Shown in pieces: positions 1-9,946 of a stretch of 64,000 bases of DNA. This DNA is from Candidatus Thalassarchaeum sp. Its GTDB lineage: Archaea; Thermoplasmatota; Poseidoniia; Poseidoniales; Thalassarchaeaceae. The number at the start of each line of letters is the position of its first letter. Position 1 is the first letter of the stretch. Where the stretch lies: contig JBJLJN010000014.1 of the NCBI GenBank assembly GCA_045559735.1, positions 97,577 to 161,576 on the forward strand, given 5' to 3'. The translations under genes were made by a program, and so were the position numbers. Below the pieces are notes generated by a model. It was not told the origin of the DNA, did not search any database, and saw nothing but the letters and a program-made list of their open reading frames with translations.

Positions 1-611
1 ATGCCGTCCCAGCCATCCTCATCGATGAGTCCATCGCCATCGTTGTCGATTCCAGCCTTGCCATAGTAGAAGGCCACGGTCTCTAGGAAGAACATCGGCA
101 CTTCGTACGACATCCATTCACGGGCGTGGTGGTTCCCTACCAGCATCACATCTGGACGATCAGCGTAGTTGCCGGTGTCGTCGTTGAACTCGTTGTAATC
201 ACCGCCCAGTACATTCCCAGTAATCTTCATCCACGGGCTAGGGTGGTTGTAATACCAGCCCTTGTAATCTTCCGAGGTCATCTGGTCGCCACGAGCATTG
301 ACGCCGCCAAGCAGACCCTCGTGATACTGTAGGAAGTCTGGATAGTAAGCAGCCAGACGCTGCATCCTTTGGTTCATTGAGGAATAGTCGTGGTACTCGC
401 GGAAGAGGATTTGTTCGGGATTGGGGTGGGAAGGCAAAGCGGAGCTCCAGGGGAAAATCTGGAAGGCGTACTCGTCAGACCAGATGTCCCAAGGATCGTA
501 GCCTGACTCTGCATCTTGAGCCCCTACCGGAGCAATAAGGGTCGCTGGGGCCAGTAGTGACAGCATGAACGGAAGTAACATGGCGGTCAAAGGCACACGC
601 CTCGACTTCAT
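1..611 (-). CDS. M14-family zinc carboxypeptidase, N-terminal part (gene runs off the left edge)
   Basis: My own minus-strand translation from the ATG at 611-609 gives MKSRRVPLTAMLLPFMLSLLAPATLIAPVGAQD (signal peptide), then ...DVMLVGNHHAREWMSYE, which carries the HxxE zinc-ligand motif of M14 carboxypeptidases. The frame stays open to base 1. It is absent from the ORF track because it is truncated. Confidence 0.7.
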   Translation of the reverse strand, partial: MKSRRVPLTAMLLPFMLSLLAPATLIAPVGAQDAESGYDPWDIWSDEYAFQIFPWSSALPSHPNPEQILFREYHDYSSMNQRMQRLAAYYPDFLQYHEGLLGGVNARGDQMTSEDYKGWYYNHPSPWMKITGNVLGGDYNEFNDDTGNYADRPDVMLVGNHHAREWMSYEVPMFFLETVAFYYGKAGIDNDGDGLIDEDGWDG

Positions 612-749
612 CACCGAATTACTTGGCTTGGCAGTTGCTTCCTTCGGCATGCTAACGGCGGTGCGAGAGTATGTTCGGTATTCAATCCCTCGCAGACCGG
701 TCCATAGGACCGGGGTTGCCTTTTTGAGGGGGGCGTGCTCGGACCGGGC

Positions 750-1823
750 ATGAGCGTACTAGGAATTGACATGGGAGGGGAGGCTGAAATCGGCTCATTC
801 TCCGAGGGTACTGTGACTGTTCTTGCATTGTTTGTCCTGCTTAGTGTGGGGTCTGGGATTTTCTCACGCGGGATGTTGTTCCCTTGGTTGATGGACCTGT
901 TCTCGAAGTCCGAAAGAATAGATGGGAGAGACTTGTTTGCCCCCAAGTCACTAGCATGGATGGTGGGTCTGCTGGTGCTCTGGCAGTCAATCGATTGGAT
1001 GTTCATCAACACTGAGCCGGTTTGGAATGCTGATTTGATGACCGATGTAATGGATTTCTCTCGCGGGGGATTCGTCATCCTGATGCTGTTTGCAGCTTAC
1101 AGACTGGTCGACTATCTCGATGCTTTCATCGTTGTCGAGGGTGACGATATGGCCGCTCGACGTTCTCTTGCTAGTGTTGCCGAGTCAATCGGAAGGCTTG
1201 CAGTCGTTGTAATTGGCTTCTTCGTGGTTGCTGGTCTGTTCGGTGTAAACCTGAATGGTCTGATAGCTGGTTTGGGTATCACAGGTCTGGCTCTGGCTCT
1301 CGCTGCCAGGGACTCGGTTGCCAACGTATTCGGAGCGATTTCAATCATCATTGACCAGCCATTTAATGTCGGTGACTGGATCATCGTCGAGGACATTGAG
1401 GGGGAGGTCATGAACATTGGACTGAGAACAACAATGCTCAGGACGGGTAATGACACCATCGTCACGGTTCCAAACTCCAATATAACCAACTCCCCGGTAG
1501 AAAACTACAGCAAGCGCAGGTTCAGGAGAATCCGCCCAATCTTTGAGTTCGAGGAGGCCAACGATATGGGAGCTCTGAAGGAGTTCTGCGACGGCCTATG
1601 CAAGCAGGTTCTGGCAGACTCGCGGGCCACCAAACAAGAGGACTCTTGGGTGAAGGTGACTCAGGTCCTTCCATCGAAGGTAACAGTCTCGTGCAACTTC
1701 TACTGCCCTTCTTCGGGTAGGATACAGAGGGAGTTCACCGAGGATATCATACTCATGGCCCGCACAAGGGGAGAGGAGTGCGGTCTCAACTTCCACGAGC
1801 CTAGGCGCAGAGCACAGATGTAG
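750..1823 (+). CDS. Mechanosensitive ion channel, MscS family
   Basis: TM helices are followed by the MscS core ...ARDSVANVFGAISIIIDQPFNVGDWIIVEDIEGEVMNIGLRTTMLRTGNDTIVTVPNSNITNSPVENYS. The ORF opens at a GTG at 735; the first ATG is at 750. Confidence 0.85.
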   Translation: MSVLGIDMGGEAEIGSFSEGTVTVLALFVLLSVGSGIFSRGMLFPWLMDLFSKSERIDGRDLFAPKSLAWMVGLLVLWQSIDWMFINTEPVWNADLMTDVMDFSRGGFVILMLFAAYRLVDYLDAFIVVEGDDMAARRSLASVAESIGRLAVVVIGFFVVAGLFGVNLNGLIAGLGITGLALALAARDSVANVFGAISIIIDQPFNVGDWIIVEDIEGEVMNIGLRTTMLRTGNDTIVTVPNSNITNSPVENYSKRRFRRIRPIFEFEEANDMGALKEFCDGLCKQVLADSRATKQEDSWVKVTQVLPSKVTVSCNFYCPSSGRIQREFTEDIILMARTRGEECGLNFHEPRRRAQM

Positions 1824-1831
1824 GTCTTGGG

Positions 1832-2440
1832 ATGACGAGCCTGATTCTAGTCCGTCATGGGCAATCGGTCTGGAACGCATCTAACCGATTCACCGGCTGG
1901 ACTGACGTCGACCTGTCTGACAAGGGCGTGAATGAGGCCGCTGAGGCTGGTCAGCAGTTGTCCGGCACCCGCATAGACGTGGTACACACAAGCGATTTAA
2001 TCAGAGCTCAGAGGACTGCTGAAATCATTATGCAGCACAACGAGTCGTCGGTTGAGGATGTTCCTACGCGGTTTGACTGGAGGTTGAATGAGAGGCATTA
2101 CGGAGCCCTGCAGGGACTGAACAAAGCTGAGACTGCTGTGAAGCACAGTGCTGAGCAGGTGCACATCTGGCGCCGCTCGTTTGATGTGGCTCCCCCAGAG
2201 GGCGAGAGTCTGGAAATGACTGCGGAGAGGACTATTCCATACTTCACCGAAGAAATCCTGCCTGACCTGGAGAGCGGTAAGAATGTATTAGTCTCAGCTC
2301 ACGGCAACTCGCTTCGCTCGATTGTGATGCACATCGAGGGAATCAGTCCCGAAGACATCGTTTCACTAGAGATTCCTACCGGCGTGCCACTGTTCTACCA
2401 TCATGATGACAACGGCACTGTACGGGTTGATTCACTCTAG
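1832..2440 (+). CDS. gpmA: 2,3-bisphosphoglycerate-dependent phosphoglycerate mutase (histidine phosphatase family)
   Basis: The N-terminus LILVRHGQSVWNASNRFTGWTDVDLSDKG contains the RHG catalytic motif. The later SAHGNSLR motif is also present. Confidence 0.9.
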   Translation: MTSLILVRHGQSVWNASNRFTGWTDVDLSDKGVNEAAEAGQQLSGTRIDVVHTSDLIRAQRTAEIIMQHNESSVEDVPTRFDWRLNERHYGALQGLNKAETAVKHSAEQVHIWRRSFDVAPPEGESLEMTAERTIPYFTEEILPDLESGKNVLVSAHGNSLRSIVMHIEGISPEDIVSLEIPTGVPLFYHHDDNGTVRVDSL

Positions 2441-3702
2441 ATCATAGTGAACGGGCGCTCTGGCGGTGGCGACATGCCCCGATAGACCCACATCAAAAGT
2501 GCACTGGCTGCGATGAATATCAGAGGCAATACTACATTTTCCATTGTCCATGGGAATGAACGGAACAAACTGGCTGCTCCAAAGAAAGCAGCCATCCCAG
2601 ACAGTGCTCCAAGGGTCCTATTGCTGAACATCCGTTTCTGGTAGGATTGAACGTAACGCAGAATCTCCACAGCAGGTTGGGGAGCGCCTGACTGGTGTGA
2701 GGTCGCCTCAAGGACGTCCAATAGGCACTGCTCGTACTCCCAGATAGCAAGTCCCCCTCTATGTGAGTAGAAGGCGTCCTTCGAAGTCCAGTCGGCAGGG
2801 GCAGTAGACTTCCATCCCTCTATCAGAGCCAGTCGCAGAGGCATCAGTTCAAGATTCGAGGAGGATTCGTAGAGCAATCGCGACAGGTCATGAATCAGTG
2901 AGGCTAGGTCACGCATTGCAGGGAACTCGCATTGGGGAACCCTAAGAGCGTCTGCGAGGCGAGGTCTTCCAATTCTGAGGGAGTCCCCAGACATATCACT
3001 GAACCTGACGTCCATCAGGCTCAACGTGCAAGGTTGGTCCTTCGAGAAAGGCGCTCTCCAGAGAAAAGTCGCCCTGAGTGTCTCCTCAAGCCATTGGTTC
3101 CTATTGTTCCATCTCGATTGATCAGAAGGAGTGAGTCTGGCAGACTTGGCCTCGGAATGGTATCTCCCGAGTACCATCCCAGCGTTTCGCAACTCTCTTT
3201 GGGCAGCTTCGCCATCATCTGCTTCCAGTGCCTTCGAGATGATAGTCGCCGAGTCATCGGACTTCTCCTCAAATGGCCTGAGGATGACAACATCGCGACC
3301 TTCGAATGAATATCCTCCAATCGGGACTCCCGAGCCTTCGGGGGCAGCCTTGGCCCTAGCCCTGATTCTGCCGTCCGAGACCCAGGGAAGGAACTCTGCC
3401 AGCCATACTGAGTCGGCTTCCAGTACTGCGTTCAAGCCCCTCGGTGTAGGTGTTGTTCGCAGTGAGTTTATTGAGCCAGGTTCGGGAACCTCTCCCCATG
3501 CCTCCAGACTACCGGTCATGGACTCCCAGTCCTCGGGCTCGTTCAGTGTCTCAGGCTCGATCATCCTAGCCATAATGCCTATCTGAGTGAATCGTAGAGC
3601 AATGAATCCAGGAGGCGCTTCCTCGTCAGACTCGACTTGGGTCATGCCAGCAGGTCTCCAAGGCATTTCATCGTCTGACATGGCGCGTGCCCCGGGGGGC
3701 AC
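2437..3702 (-). CDS. Hypothetical protein with two C-terminal TM helices
   Basis: This is a 421-aa ORF with coding-like composition. The C-terminal hydrophobic segments are LGALSGMAAFFGAASLF and VVLPLIFIAASALLMWVY. The central segment is only vaguely kinase/APH-like (see findings). Confidence 0.5.
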   Translation of the reverse strand: MPPGARAMSDDEMPWRPAGMTQVESDEEAPPGFIALRFTQIGIMARMIEPETLNEPEDWESMTGSLEAWGEVPEPGSINSLRTTPTPRGLNAVLEADSVWLAEFLPWVSDGRIRARAKAAPEGSGVPIGGYSFEGRDVVILRPFEEKSDDSATIISKALEADDGEAAQRELRNAGMVLGRYHSEAKSARLTPSDQSRWNNRNQWLEETLRATFLWRAPFSKDQPCTLSLMDVRFSDMSGDSLRIGRPRLADALRVPQCEFPAMRDLASLIHDLSRLLYESSSNLELMPLRLALIEGWKSTAPADWTSKDAFYSHRGGLAIWEYEQCLLDVLEATSHQSGAPQPAVEILRYVQSYQKRMFSNRTLGALSGMAAFFGAASLFRSFPWTMENVVLPLIFIAASALLMWVYRGMSPPPERPFTMI

Positions 3703-3767
3703 GACGTAGTAGTGGGTTTCATTGAATCGGTCAAAGAAGCCTTGAACTCGACCCTCGACCGAAGAGC

Positions 3768-4313
3768 ATGGGTGATGCTGTCTCGGACATACCGCTGGCC
3801 GTCGACATGGATGGTACTCTCATACTCTCTGACATGAGTGTAATCAGCGCCAAACAAGTGATTACCCGGAGACCTTGGATGATTCTAGGGGTCCTACTGA
3901 AGGAGATCCTTGGGAAGAGGGCGCAGTGGAAGAGGGATCTCGCTCGTAGACTCGATTTCGAGCCAAGCGGGCTGGATTACCACGAAGCTTTCCTCGATTG
4001 GATTACTGCTGAGCACTCTCGAGGGAGGAAATTGCTGCTTGCAACTGCCTCAGACAGACTAGTCGCTGAGCGCGTAGCCGCCCATGTGGGGCTGTTCTCA
4101 GATGTCTTAGCCTCAGACGAGACATTCAACTTGCGAGGAAGTAAGAAGGCTGAGGCGCTAATCTCAAGATTCGGTGAGGGGGGCTTCGGCTACGCTGGCA
4201 ACAGTTTCCACGACCTGCCGGTTTGGGAGAAGGCGGGACAGATTGTCGTAGTAAATCCCGACAAGGGACTTCTAGAGCGTGTCGGAGAGGAAGCGGACGT
4301 AATATTCGAGTAA
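3768..4313 (+). CDS. HAD-superfamily hydrolase (phosphoserine-phosphatase-like subfamily)
   Basis: HAD motif I is present as AVDMDGTLILSD (DxDGT). The size and the C-terminal GNSFHDLPVW region fit motifs III/IV. Confidence 0.7.
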   Translation: MGDAVSDIPLAVDMDGTLILSDMSVISAKQVITRRPWMILGVLLKEILGKRAQWKRDLARRLDFEPSGLDYHEAFLDWITAEHSRGRKLLLATASDRLVAERVAAHVGLFSDVLASDETFNLRGSKKAEALISRFGEGGFGYAGNSFHDLPVWEKAGQIVVVNPDKGLLERVGEEADVIFE

Positions 4314-4344
4314 GTCACCGACGGCGACGACCTTTAGCACAGCA

Positions 4345-5241
4345 ATGTCTCGGTGGCGCGTGGGACGCGCGCGGAAGGCCCTCGGCAGGAGGATTGACGG
4401 GCTCGCCAAGTGGTTGCTCCGATTCAGGGTGATCTCAGTCCCTTCTAGGTTTATTGCCAACTCAAGCTATGCTTGGAGTTTCATCTCTAGGACCGACAGG
4501 ATTCGTGCTAACAGGCTGCGTGACAGGATCAAGCATGGAGAGCTGCCTGAGCATGTTTCGATAATCATGGACGGGAATAGGAGGTTCGCATGGGGTAAGA
4601 ATCTCGAGGAGGGGGTTGGTCATGCTCATGGTAAGGAGAAGCTGAAGGAGGTGATGGACTGGATATTGGATCTCGGAATTCCATACTTCACCGTATATGC
4701 TCTCTCGACTGAGAACCTCAAGGAGCGTTCCGAGGCCGAGCTTGAGAGTCTGTTCGATCTATATGTTGCTGGGCTCAACGAGATATCGGATGACTCTAAA
4801 ATTCACGAGAATGGTGTCAAGGTACAGGCAGTTGGCCGTCTGGGTCTGCTTCCTGACAGGGTCAGGGAGGCACTGAAAAACGCAGAATCGCGTACTGAGG
4901 ACTACTCTGACTTCCTGTTCACAATCTGTATGGCATATGGTGGCAGGGAGGAGATTGTCGATGCTGTCAGAGATGTAGCCGCGGCTCACGCAGAGGGGGA
5001 GTTGCCAATCGAGATGATTGACCAGCAACAGATATCCAGCAGACTCTACACCTCCGGCCTTCCTGACCCGGATTTGGTAATCAGAACAAGCGGAGAGGAG
5101 CGTGTCTCCAACTTCCTGCTTTGGCAGATTGCATACTCTGAGTTACACTTCACCGATGTCCACTGGCCTTCGTTCAGTAAGATCGATCTCTACGAGGCTC
5201 TGGAGTCATATCAGATGAGGAGGCGTCGCTATGGAGAGTGA
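4345..5241 (+). CDS. uppS: cis-prenyltransferase (undecaprenyl/di-trans,poly-cis-polyprenyl diphosphate synthase)
   Basis: Motifs HVSIIMDGNRRFA, YALSTENL and RTSGEERVSNFLLWQIAYSELHF are present. The N-terminal extent is uncertain. Confidence 0.9.
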   Translation: MSRWRVGRARKALGRRIDGLAKWLLRFRVISVPSRFIANSSYAWSFISRTDRIRANRLRDRIKHGELPEHVSIIMDGNRRFAWGKNLEEGVGHAHGKEKLKEVMDWILDLGIPYFTVYALSTENLKERSEAELESLFDLYVAGLNEISDDSKIHENGVKVQAVGRLGLLPDRVREALKNAESRTEDYSDFLFTICMAYGGREEIVDAVRDVAAAHAEGELPIEMIDQQQISSRLYTSGLPDPDLVIRTSGEERVSNFLLWQIAYSELHFTDVHWPSFSKIDLYEALESYQMRRRRYGE

Positions 5242-5683
5242 TCGGTGCAATGCTTGTGGGCACGATGGTTACAGGAAACCGTCCATCGCAGCGGATGCCG
5301 TGGCCCTCAGGGAGGGCGAGTCCGGCATCGAGGCGTTGCTAATCAGGAGGGGTAGGGAGCCGGAGATCTGGAGGGGCAGCTGGGCATTCCCAGGTGGATT
5401 CGTCGACTACGGTGAGAACCCTGAGGATGCCGTCCTGCGGGAGTTGGAGGAGGAGACCGGGGTCGATGGTTTCGGCCCGGTCGCCCTAGCAATACACGGC
5501 GACCCTGACAGGGACCCGCGCAAGCACGTCATTGCGCTGTTCTACCTCGTCGACGTAGACCCAGAAGCGGTGCCAAGAGGCGGTGATGATGCATCTGATG
5601 CCGCTTGGGTGCCAATAGCCAATCTTACAGCCGAGCAGGTGGCTGGAAGCCATTTTGGCATTATCGAAATGCTGCGTGAGTAA
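5231..5683 (+). CDS. NUDIX hydrolase
   Basis: An intact Nudix box is present: GGFVDYGENPEDAVLRELEEETGV (GX5EX7REUXEEXGU). Confidence 0.85.
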   Translation: MESDRCNACGHDGYRKPSIAADAVALREGESGIEALLIRRGREPEIWRGSWAFPGGFVDYGENPEDAVLRELEEETGVDGFGPVALAIHGDPDRDPRKHVIALFYLVDVDPEAVPRGGDDASDAAWVPIANLTAEQVAGSHFGIIEMLRE

Positions 5684-5713
5684 GCCTATCACTGGAACTC
5701 TCCTCCGCGACCC

Positions 5714-6088
5714 ATGGACGGCAAGAAGAAAATCGACACTGGTGGAGGAGTAATGGGACCTTACAGTCCCGGAATCTCAGTCAAGGACCACATTTGGCTT
5801 TCAGGACAAATAGACACCTCACAAGACGTTATTGAAGCACAGACCAGAGGCACTCTGGCCAAGATAGATGGTCTGCTGGAGGCTGCTGGTAGCAGCAGGA
5901 AAGATCTGGTCAAGGTGACAGTCCTGATGACCGATATCGAATTCTACTCCGTGATCAATGAGGTATACTCTGAGTGGCTGGGTGATGCGATGCCTCCCGC
6001 TAGGGCTGCATACGCGGTGCGTGATCTTCCCGCGGGGGCACTGGTAGAAATTGTCTGTGAGGCTTTTCGCGGAAGTGGTGCGCAATGA
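5714..6088 (+). CDS. ridA: RidA/YjgF/TdcF-family reactive-intermediate deaminase
   Basis: PYSPGISVKDHIWLSGQI and the C-terminal PARAAYAVRDLPAGALVEIVCEA are typical of the family, and the size is about 124 aa. Confidence 0.85.
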   Translation: MDGKKKIDTGGGVMGPYSPGISVKDHIWLSGQIDTSQDVIEAQTRGTLAKIDGLLEAAGSSRKDLVKVTVLMTDIEFYSVINEVYSEWLGDAMPPARAAYAVRDLPAGALVEIVCEAFRGSGAQ

Positions 6089-6444
6089 ATCATGATATCA
6101 TCCTGAAGCGCTTTGAGGAGCCTGATGAGTTGCGAGAGTTTGAGAAAGGTATGTTCGAGGTCATACACTTCGATGGGATGGCCATCGGTCGAGCCACCTA
6201 TGAGCCCGGCTGGAAGTGGTCTGTGGATGTATCGCCTCTTTCAGGAACTGACTTCTGCGAGGTCGAGCACCTTGGCATGGTACTCGAGGGACATGCGACC
6301 TGCGCGTTCAAGGACGGAGAGGTATACACTCTGGGACCTGGAGACCTATTCTACATCGGACCAGAGCCGCATGACAGCTGGGTCGTTGGTGACGAGAAAT
6401 ACGTCTCCCTGCACTTCCAGGGAGCTGACAAGTACGCTGATTGA
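6085..6444 (+). CDS. Cupin-domain protein
   Basis: The cupin beta-barrel motif region is HLGMVLEGHATCAFKDGEVYTLGPGDLFYIGPEPHDSW. It overlaps ridA with an ATGA junction. Confidence 0.6.
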   Translation: MNHDIILKRFEEPDELREFEKGMFEVIHFDGMAIGRATYEPGWKWSVDVSPLSGTDFCEVEHLGMVLEGHATCAFKDGEVYTLGPGDLFYIGPEPHDSWVVGDEKYVSLHFQGADKYAD

Positions 6445-6496
6445 GTCTCTATCCCGAATCGGGAACGCTTAGGAGTGTCTGCATCTGGCCCGATTC

Positions 6497-7882
6497 GTGA
6501 GCGTGTTCAAGGCGTACGACATCCGAGGCATTTCTGGAGACGAGATTACCCCGGATTTCGCGAACAGACTGGGTAAGGCGATAGTCACTCATCTCGATGT
6601 ATCGGCTGTGGCTGTCGCAAGGGATATTCGGGATTCAGGTCCCGACCTGCATGCTGCTTTCATCGAAGGTGTGACCAGTGCTGGAGCAGATATTCTGGAT
6701 CTAGGAGTTACCACCACAGGAGTGCTCTATCGCGCCACGGTCGACCTGCCCGTGCAGGCTGCTGTGGCGATTACCGCTAGCCACAACCCTCCCGAGTATA
6801 ACGGATTCAAGATTTGTCATGGTAAACTTCCCATCGCCGGTGATGAACTTCAGGAATTGAAGGCGACATTCGATTCGGGTGAATTCAACGAAGGCGATGG
6901 AATCCACCGTGAGGTCGGTGGCTTCGAGGATTATTACATACGTACAGTGGTCGAGAATGCGGGCAAGCCAGCTAGACCGGTGAGAATCGTAGTGGATTGC
7001 GGAAATGCAGTACCCGGACCTCTTGCGATGAGAGTGATGGAGGCTCTCGGAGTTGATGCCGTGCCGCTGCACTGCAGGTGGGACAGTAGCTTCCCAAATC
7101 ATCCCCCAGACCCAACCCGGCCCGAGAATATGTCAGATCTTTCATCGGCGGTAGTGGAACTCGGTGCAGAGTTCGGAATTGGAATGGACGGGGATGGGGA
7201 TAGAATTGGGGTTGTGGATGAATCCGGGCGGTTTATCCATCCCGACCGACTAATGGCTGTGATTGCAAAGGATGTGCTGTCCAATCTGTCCGAAGATGCT
7301 TCTGAGGACGAGCGTACTGTTTACTTCGATGTGAAGTGCAGCATGGCGCTCGAGGAGGCAATCGAATCGGCAGGTGGTGTGCCGAAGATGGTCAGGACCG
7401 GTCATTCATTCATGAAGCGTGAATTAAGGAACAATCCTATGGCACCGATGGCAGGGGAGATGTCTGGTCACTTCTTCCTGCATGACCGCTGGCCTGGCTT
7501 CGACGACTCGCTCTACAACTCCGCACGACTGCTTGAGATAATTGGGCGCGACCCTTCTCCTTCACAAGGCGGCCCGAGTTTCTCCGAGCGTTTCTCATTC
7601 CTGCCTGACTATCCTTCAACAGGTGAGACAAAGATTCCCCTTCCTGGAGAACGCGAGGAAGTCTTGGGTGCTGTTGGTGAAGCTTTCTCAGACATGGAGT
7701 GCTCTACTGTCGACGGTATCAGGGTCCGATACGAAGACGGTTGGTACCTGTGCCGTGCGAGCAACACCGAGGCCATCCTCGTTATGCGTGCCGAAGGCCG
7801 AACTGAAACTGCGCTAGGGGGAATCCTATCGGACGTAAACGCCCGTCTGGGTCAAATGATGGATCTCAGTGCTCTGCACTAA
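6497..7882 (+). CDS. Phosphoglucomutase/phosphomannomutase family (alpha-D-phosphohexomutase)
   Basis: The active-site loop TASHNPPEYNGFK, the metal loop GMDGDGDR and the sugar loop GEMSGH are present. The start is GTG. Confidence 0.9.
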   Translation: MSVFKAYDIRGISGDEITPDFANRLGKAIVTHLDVSAVAVARDIRDSGPDLHAAFIEGVTSAGADILDLGVTTTGVLYRATVDLPVQAAVAITASHNPPEYNGFKICHGKLPIAGDELQELKATFDSGEFNEGDGIHREVGGFEDYYIRTVVENAGKPARPVRIVVDCGNAVPGPLAMRVMEALGVDAVPLHCRWDSSFPNHPPDPTRPENMSDLSSAVVELGAEFGIGMDGDGDRIGVVDESGRFIHPDRLMAVIAKDVLSNLSEDASEDERTVYFDVKCSMALEEAIESAGGVPKMVRTGHSFMKRELRNNPMAPMAGEMSGHFFLHDRWPGFDDSLYNSARLLEIIGRDPSPSQGGPSFSERFSFLPDYPSTGETKIPLPGEREEVLGAVGEAFSDMECSTVDGIRVRYEDGWYLCRASNTEAILVMRAEGRTETALGGILSDVNARLGQMMDLSALH

Positions 7883-8421
7883 TCTTCCATTGAGTCGCCG
7901 GAAGCGAGTAGTGGTAGAGCCACGATTAGACCACAGATTGCAGCGCAGAAGACGCTCATGAATGCGCCGATTCCTCCCATTGTAGAGCCAAAGGCGCTGT
8001 CTCCAGCTATTTCTGCCATCATGTCTGCCATGAAGAGTGCACCGATTAGACCCATGACCAAGTCGACGCCTATTGCGTATAGGGCCAACTTGACGCCACT
8101 CTTCTGGTAGTTGAATACCTGATATCCAGCGTATGCTACGACGAATAGGAATGCAACATCAACTAAAGCATCAGCATACATGAACGTGGAGTTCACATCT
8201 ATTCCTGAATTCTCATAATCAGATACAGTAGCCCCTACAACGAGTAATCCGAGAACTGAAAGAAGTCCCATTCCTGCACCATAGAGCATCATCAGAATTC
8301 CCATAACCTTGGGTAGAGAGCTCTTCGGTGCAGCCATCACTGCTGGTTGGTCAAACGCCCCAGTAGCTTCTTCGGGGGCGGCGTTCGGTGTTCCGCTGAA
8401 TGTATTATCATCTTCTTCCAT
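7879..8421 (-). CDS. Hypothetical polytopic membrane protein
   Basis: The 180-aa ORF has 4-5 hydrophobic helices after an acidic N-terminus. I recognised no family. Confidence 0.5.
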   Translation of the reverse strand: MEEDDNTFSGTPNAAPEEATGAFDQPAVMAAPKSSLPKVMGILMMLYGAGMGLLSVLGLLVVGATVSDYENSGIDVNSTFMYADALVDVAFLFVVAYAGYQVFNYQKSGVKLALYAIGVDLVMGLIGALFMADMMAEIAGDSAFGSTMGGIGAFMSVFCAAICGLIVALPLLASGDSMED

Positions 8422-8472
8422 GGAAATTACGTGCCCTGCTTGGCATTTAGCCTTGTTCCCTGCACCGATTCT

Positions 8473-8480
8473 CTATATGT
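8473..8480 (+). promoter_or_regulatory. Candidate archaeal TATA box for tRNA-Thr
   Basis: The sequence CTATATGT is centred about 28 nt upstream of the tRNA 5-prime end, matching the usual -26/-27 spacing of archaeal promoters. Confidence 0.3.
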
Positions 8481-8503
8481 GAGTGCGAGAGCGGCGGTTC
8501 GTC

Positions 8504-8576
8504 GCCACTGTAGCTTAGTTGGTAGAGCACCTGATTCGTAATCAGGAGGTCGGGAGTTCAAGTCTCCCCAGTGGCT
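8504..8576 (+). tRNA. tRNA-Thr (anticodon CGU)
   Basis: I folded the cloverleaf by hand. Acceptor stem is GCCACTG/CAGTGGC, D stem GCTT/GAGC, anticodon stem CCTGA/TCAGG with loop TTCGTAA, T stem GGGAG/CTCCC with loop TTCAAGT, discriminator T. CCA is not encoded. The 3-prime end shares base 8576 with the convergent pgk stop codon. Confidence 0.9.
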
Positions 8577-9880
8577 CACTCTTCCTCATCAAGACCCAGA
8601 GCGCCAAGTAGAGGCCTGAACTTATCATTGGATTTTGAGAGTGAGTCGATAACCGGCATTGGATCTCCTGAGAGCATGCCAAGAGCTGATCCCCCTCCAG
8701 TACTGTTGTGACTAAATTCACCTGCCAGCCCCCTCTGATTAACCAGCGCGCTGGTATGTCCTCCTCCTACGATTGTGACTCCTGTGGCCTCAGCGCACAT
8801 ATTGAGAATCTCGATAGTTCCGAAGGCGAACTCAGGCTTCTCGAAGTAAGACGCGGGGCCGTTCCATAGGATACAGTTGGCACCATTGAGAAGTAATTTC
8901 AGATCCTGCAGGGTCTCTATCCCGATATCGTATATTGGGTATTCAGTAGGCAGCTCTTGCAGCTCCAACTGGTGCCTCTTCCCATCTACCTCTACGGCTA
9001 CATCTCGGGGCAGGAAGAGTAGTGCTGAGTGTTCCTTCACCAATCGTTCCGCCATCTGCCAGGTGGGCTCAAAGCCATCACCCATCATCGCCTTAATCGC
9101 TTCCTTATTGGCCCGTCCTATGTCATGGCCGCTCGTCCAAAGCATCAGATTCCCAACTACTCCTACCATCACGATTGAGTCGACGATTTTTCGGTCAATC
9201 AGGTTGAGTGCGACTCTTAGAGAGTCGTCGCACTTCGCCCCTCCGAGGATTGCTACGTAGGGCCTCGGTGGGTCGTTCACAGCGAGTTCAAGTGAGCGGA
9301 TCTCCTTGTTCATCAACCGACCTGCAATACAAGGTATCTCTTCAGCGAACCCAGTCAGGGTGGGAGAGTTGCGATGTGCCGCTCCGAAGGCATCGGTGAC
9401 GTAAGCATCTGCAACTGAGGAGAGTCTGGTGACTACCTCTGAGGATGGTTCATCCTCTGCCTTCACCTTGTTCTCACCGTATTCCTCGGGATGCATCCTG
9501 ACGTTATCGAGGAACACCTTGTCACCCGGCTGCATCACCTCGATTGCAGCAATCGCCTCCTCTCCGCAGACATCTTCCACGAATTGGATCTGCTGGCCGA
9601 TGAGTCGTGACAGGCGGTCGCAATGACCGGACATATCGGTGAAGTCAATCTTGCCCGGCCTGGACTGGTGCCCCATGATAACAATCTTGGAATCCGATAG
9701 GTCGCTGAGAGTCTCCAAGATCGAGCGCAGCCTGCTGTCATCTAGGAAGGCTCCGGTCGATGGATCCAATGGCGAATTCACATCGACTCTGTACAATACT
9801 GTCCGTCCTGACAGACAGACGTCGTCCAACGACAGGACGGTGGTCACATTTGGCGGCACCAGCGGCCCCTCTATGGCCAT
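8576..9880 (-). CDS. pgk: Phosphoglycerate kinase (archaeal type)
   Basis: LSGRTVLYRVDVNSP (N-terminal substrate motif), ILGGAKCDDSL and TIVGGGHTSA are present. The ATG at 9880 is preferred over the GTG at 9913. Confidence 0.9.
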   Translation of the reverse strand: MAIEGPLVPPNVTTVLSLDDVCLSGRTVLYRVDVNSPLDPSTGAFLDDSRLRSILETLSDLSDSKIVIMGHQSRPGKIDFTDMSGHCDRLSRLIGQQIQFVEDVCGEEAIAAIEVMQPGDKVFLDNVRMHPEEYGENKVKAEDEPSSEVVTRLSSVADAYVTDAFGAAHRNSPTLTGFAEEIPCIAGRLMNKEIRSLELAVNDPPRPYVAILGGAKCDDSLRVALNLIDRKIVDSIVMVGVVGNLMLWTSGHDIGRANKEAIKAMMGDGFEPTWQMAERLVKEHSALLFLPRDVAVEVDGKRHQLELQELPTEYPIYDIGIETLQDLKLLLNGANCILWNGPASYFEKPEFAFGTIEILNMCAEATGVTIVGGGHTSALVNQRGLAGEFSHNSTGGGSALGMLSGDPMPVIDSLSKSNDKFRPLLGALGLDEEE

Positions 9881-9946
9881 TGTGGGTGCAGAACACGCCC
9901 TGCGTGTTCCCACAATACCTTTCTTTGGTGGCTACGGAGCGGTTCC

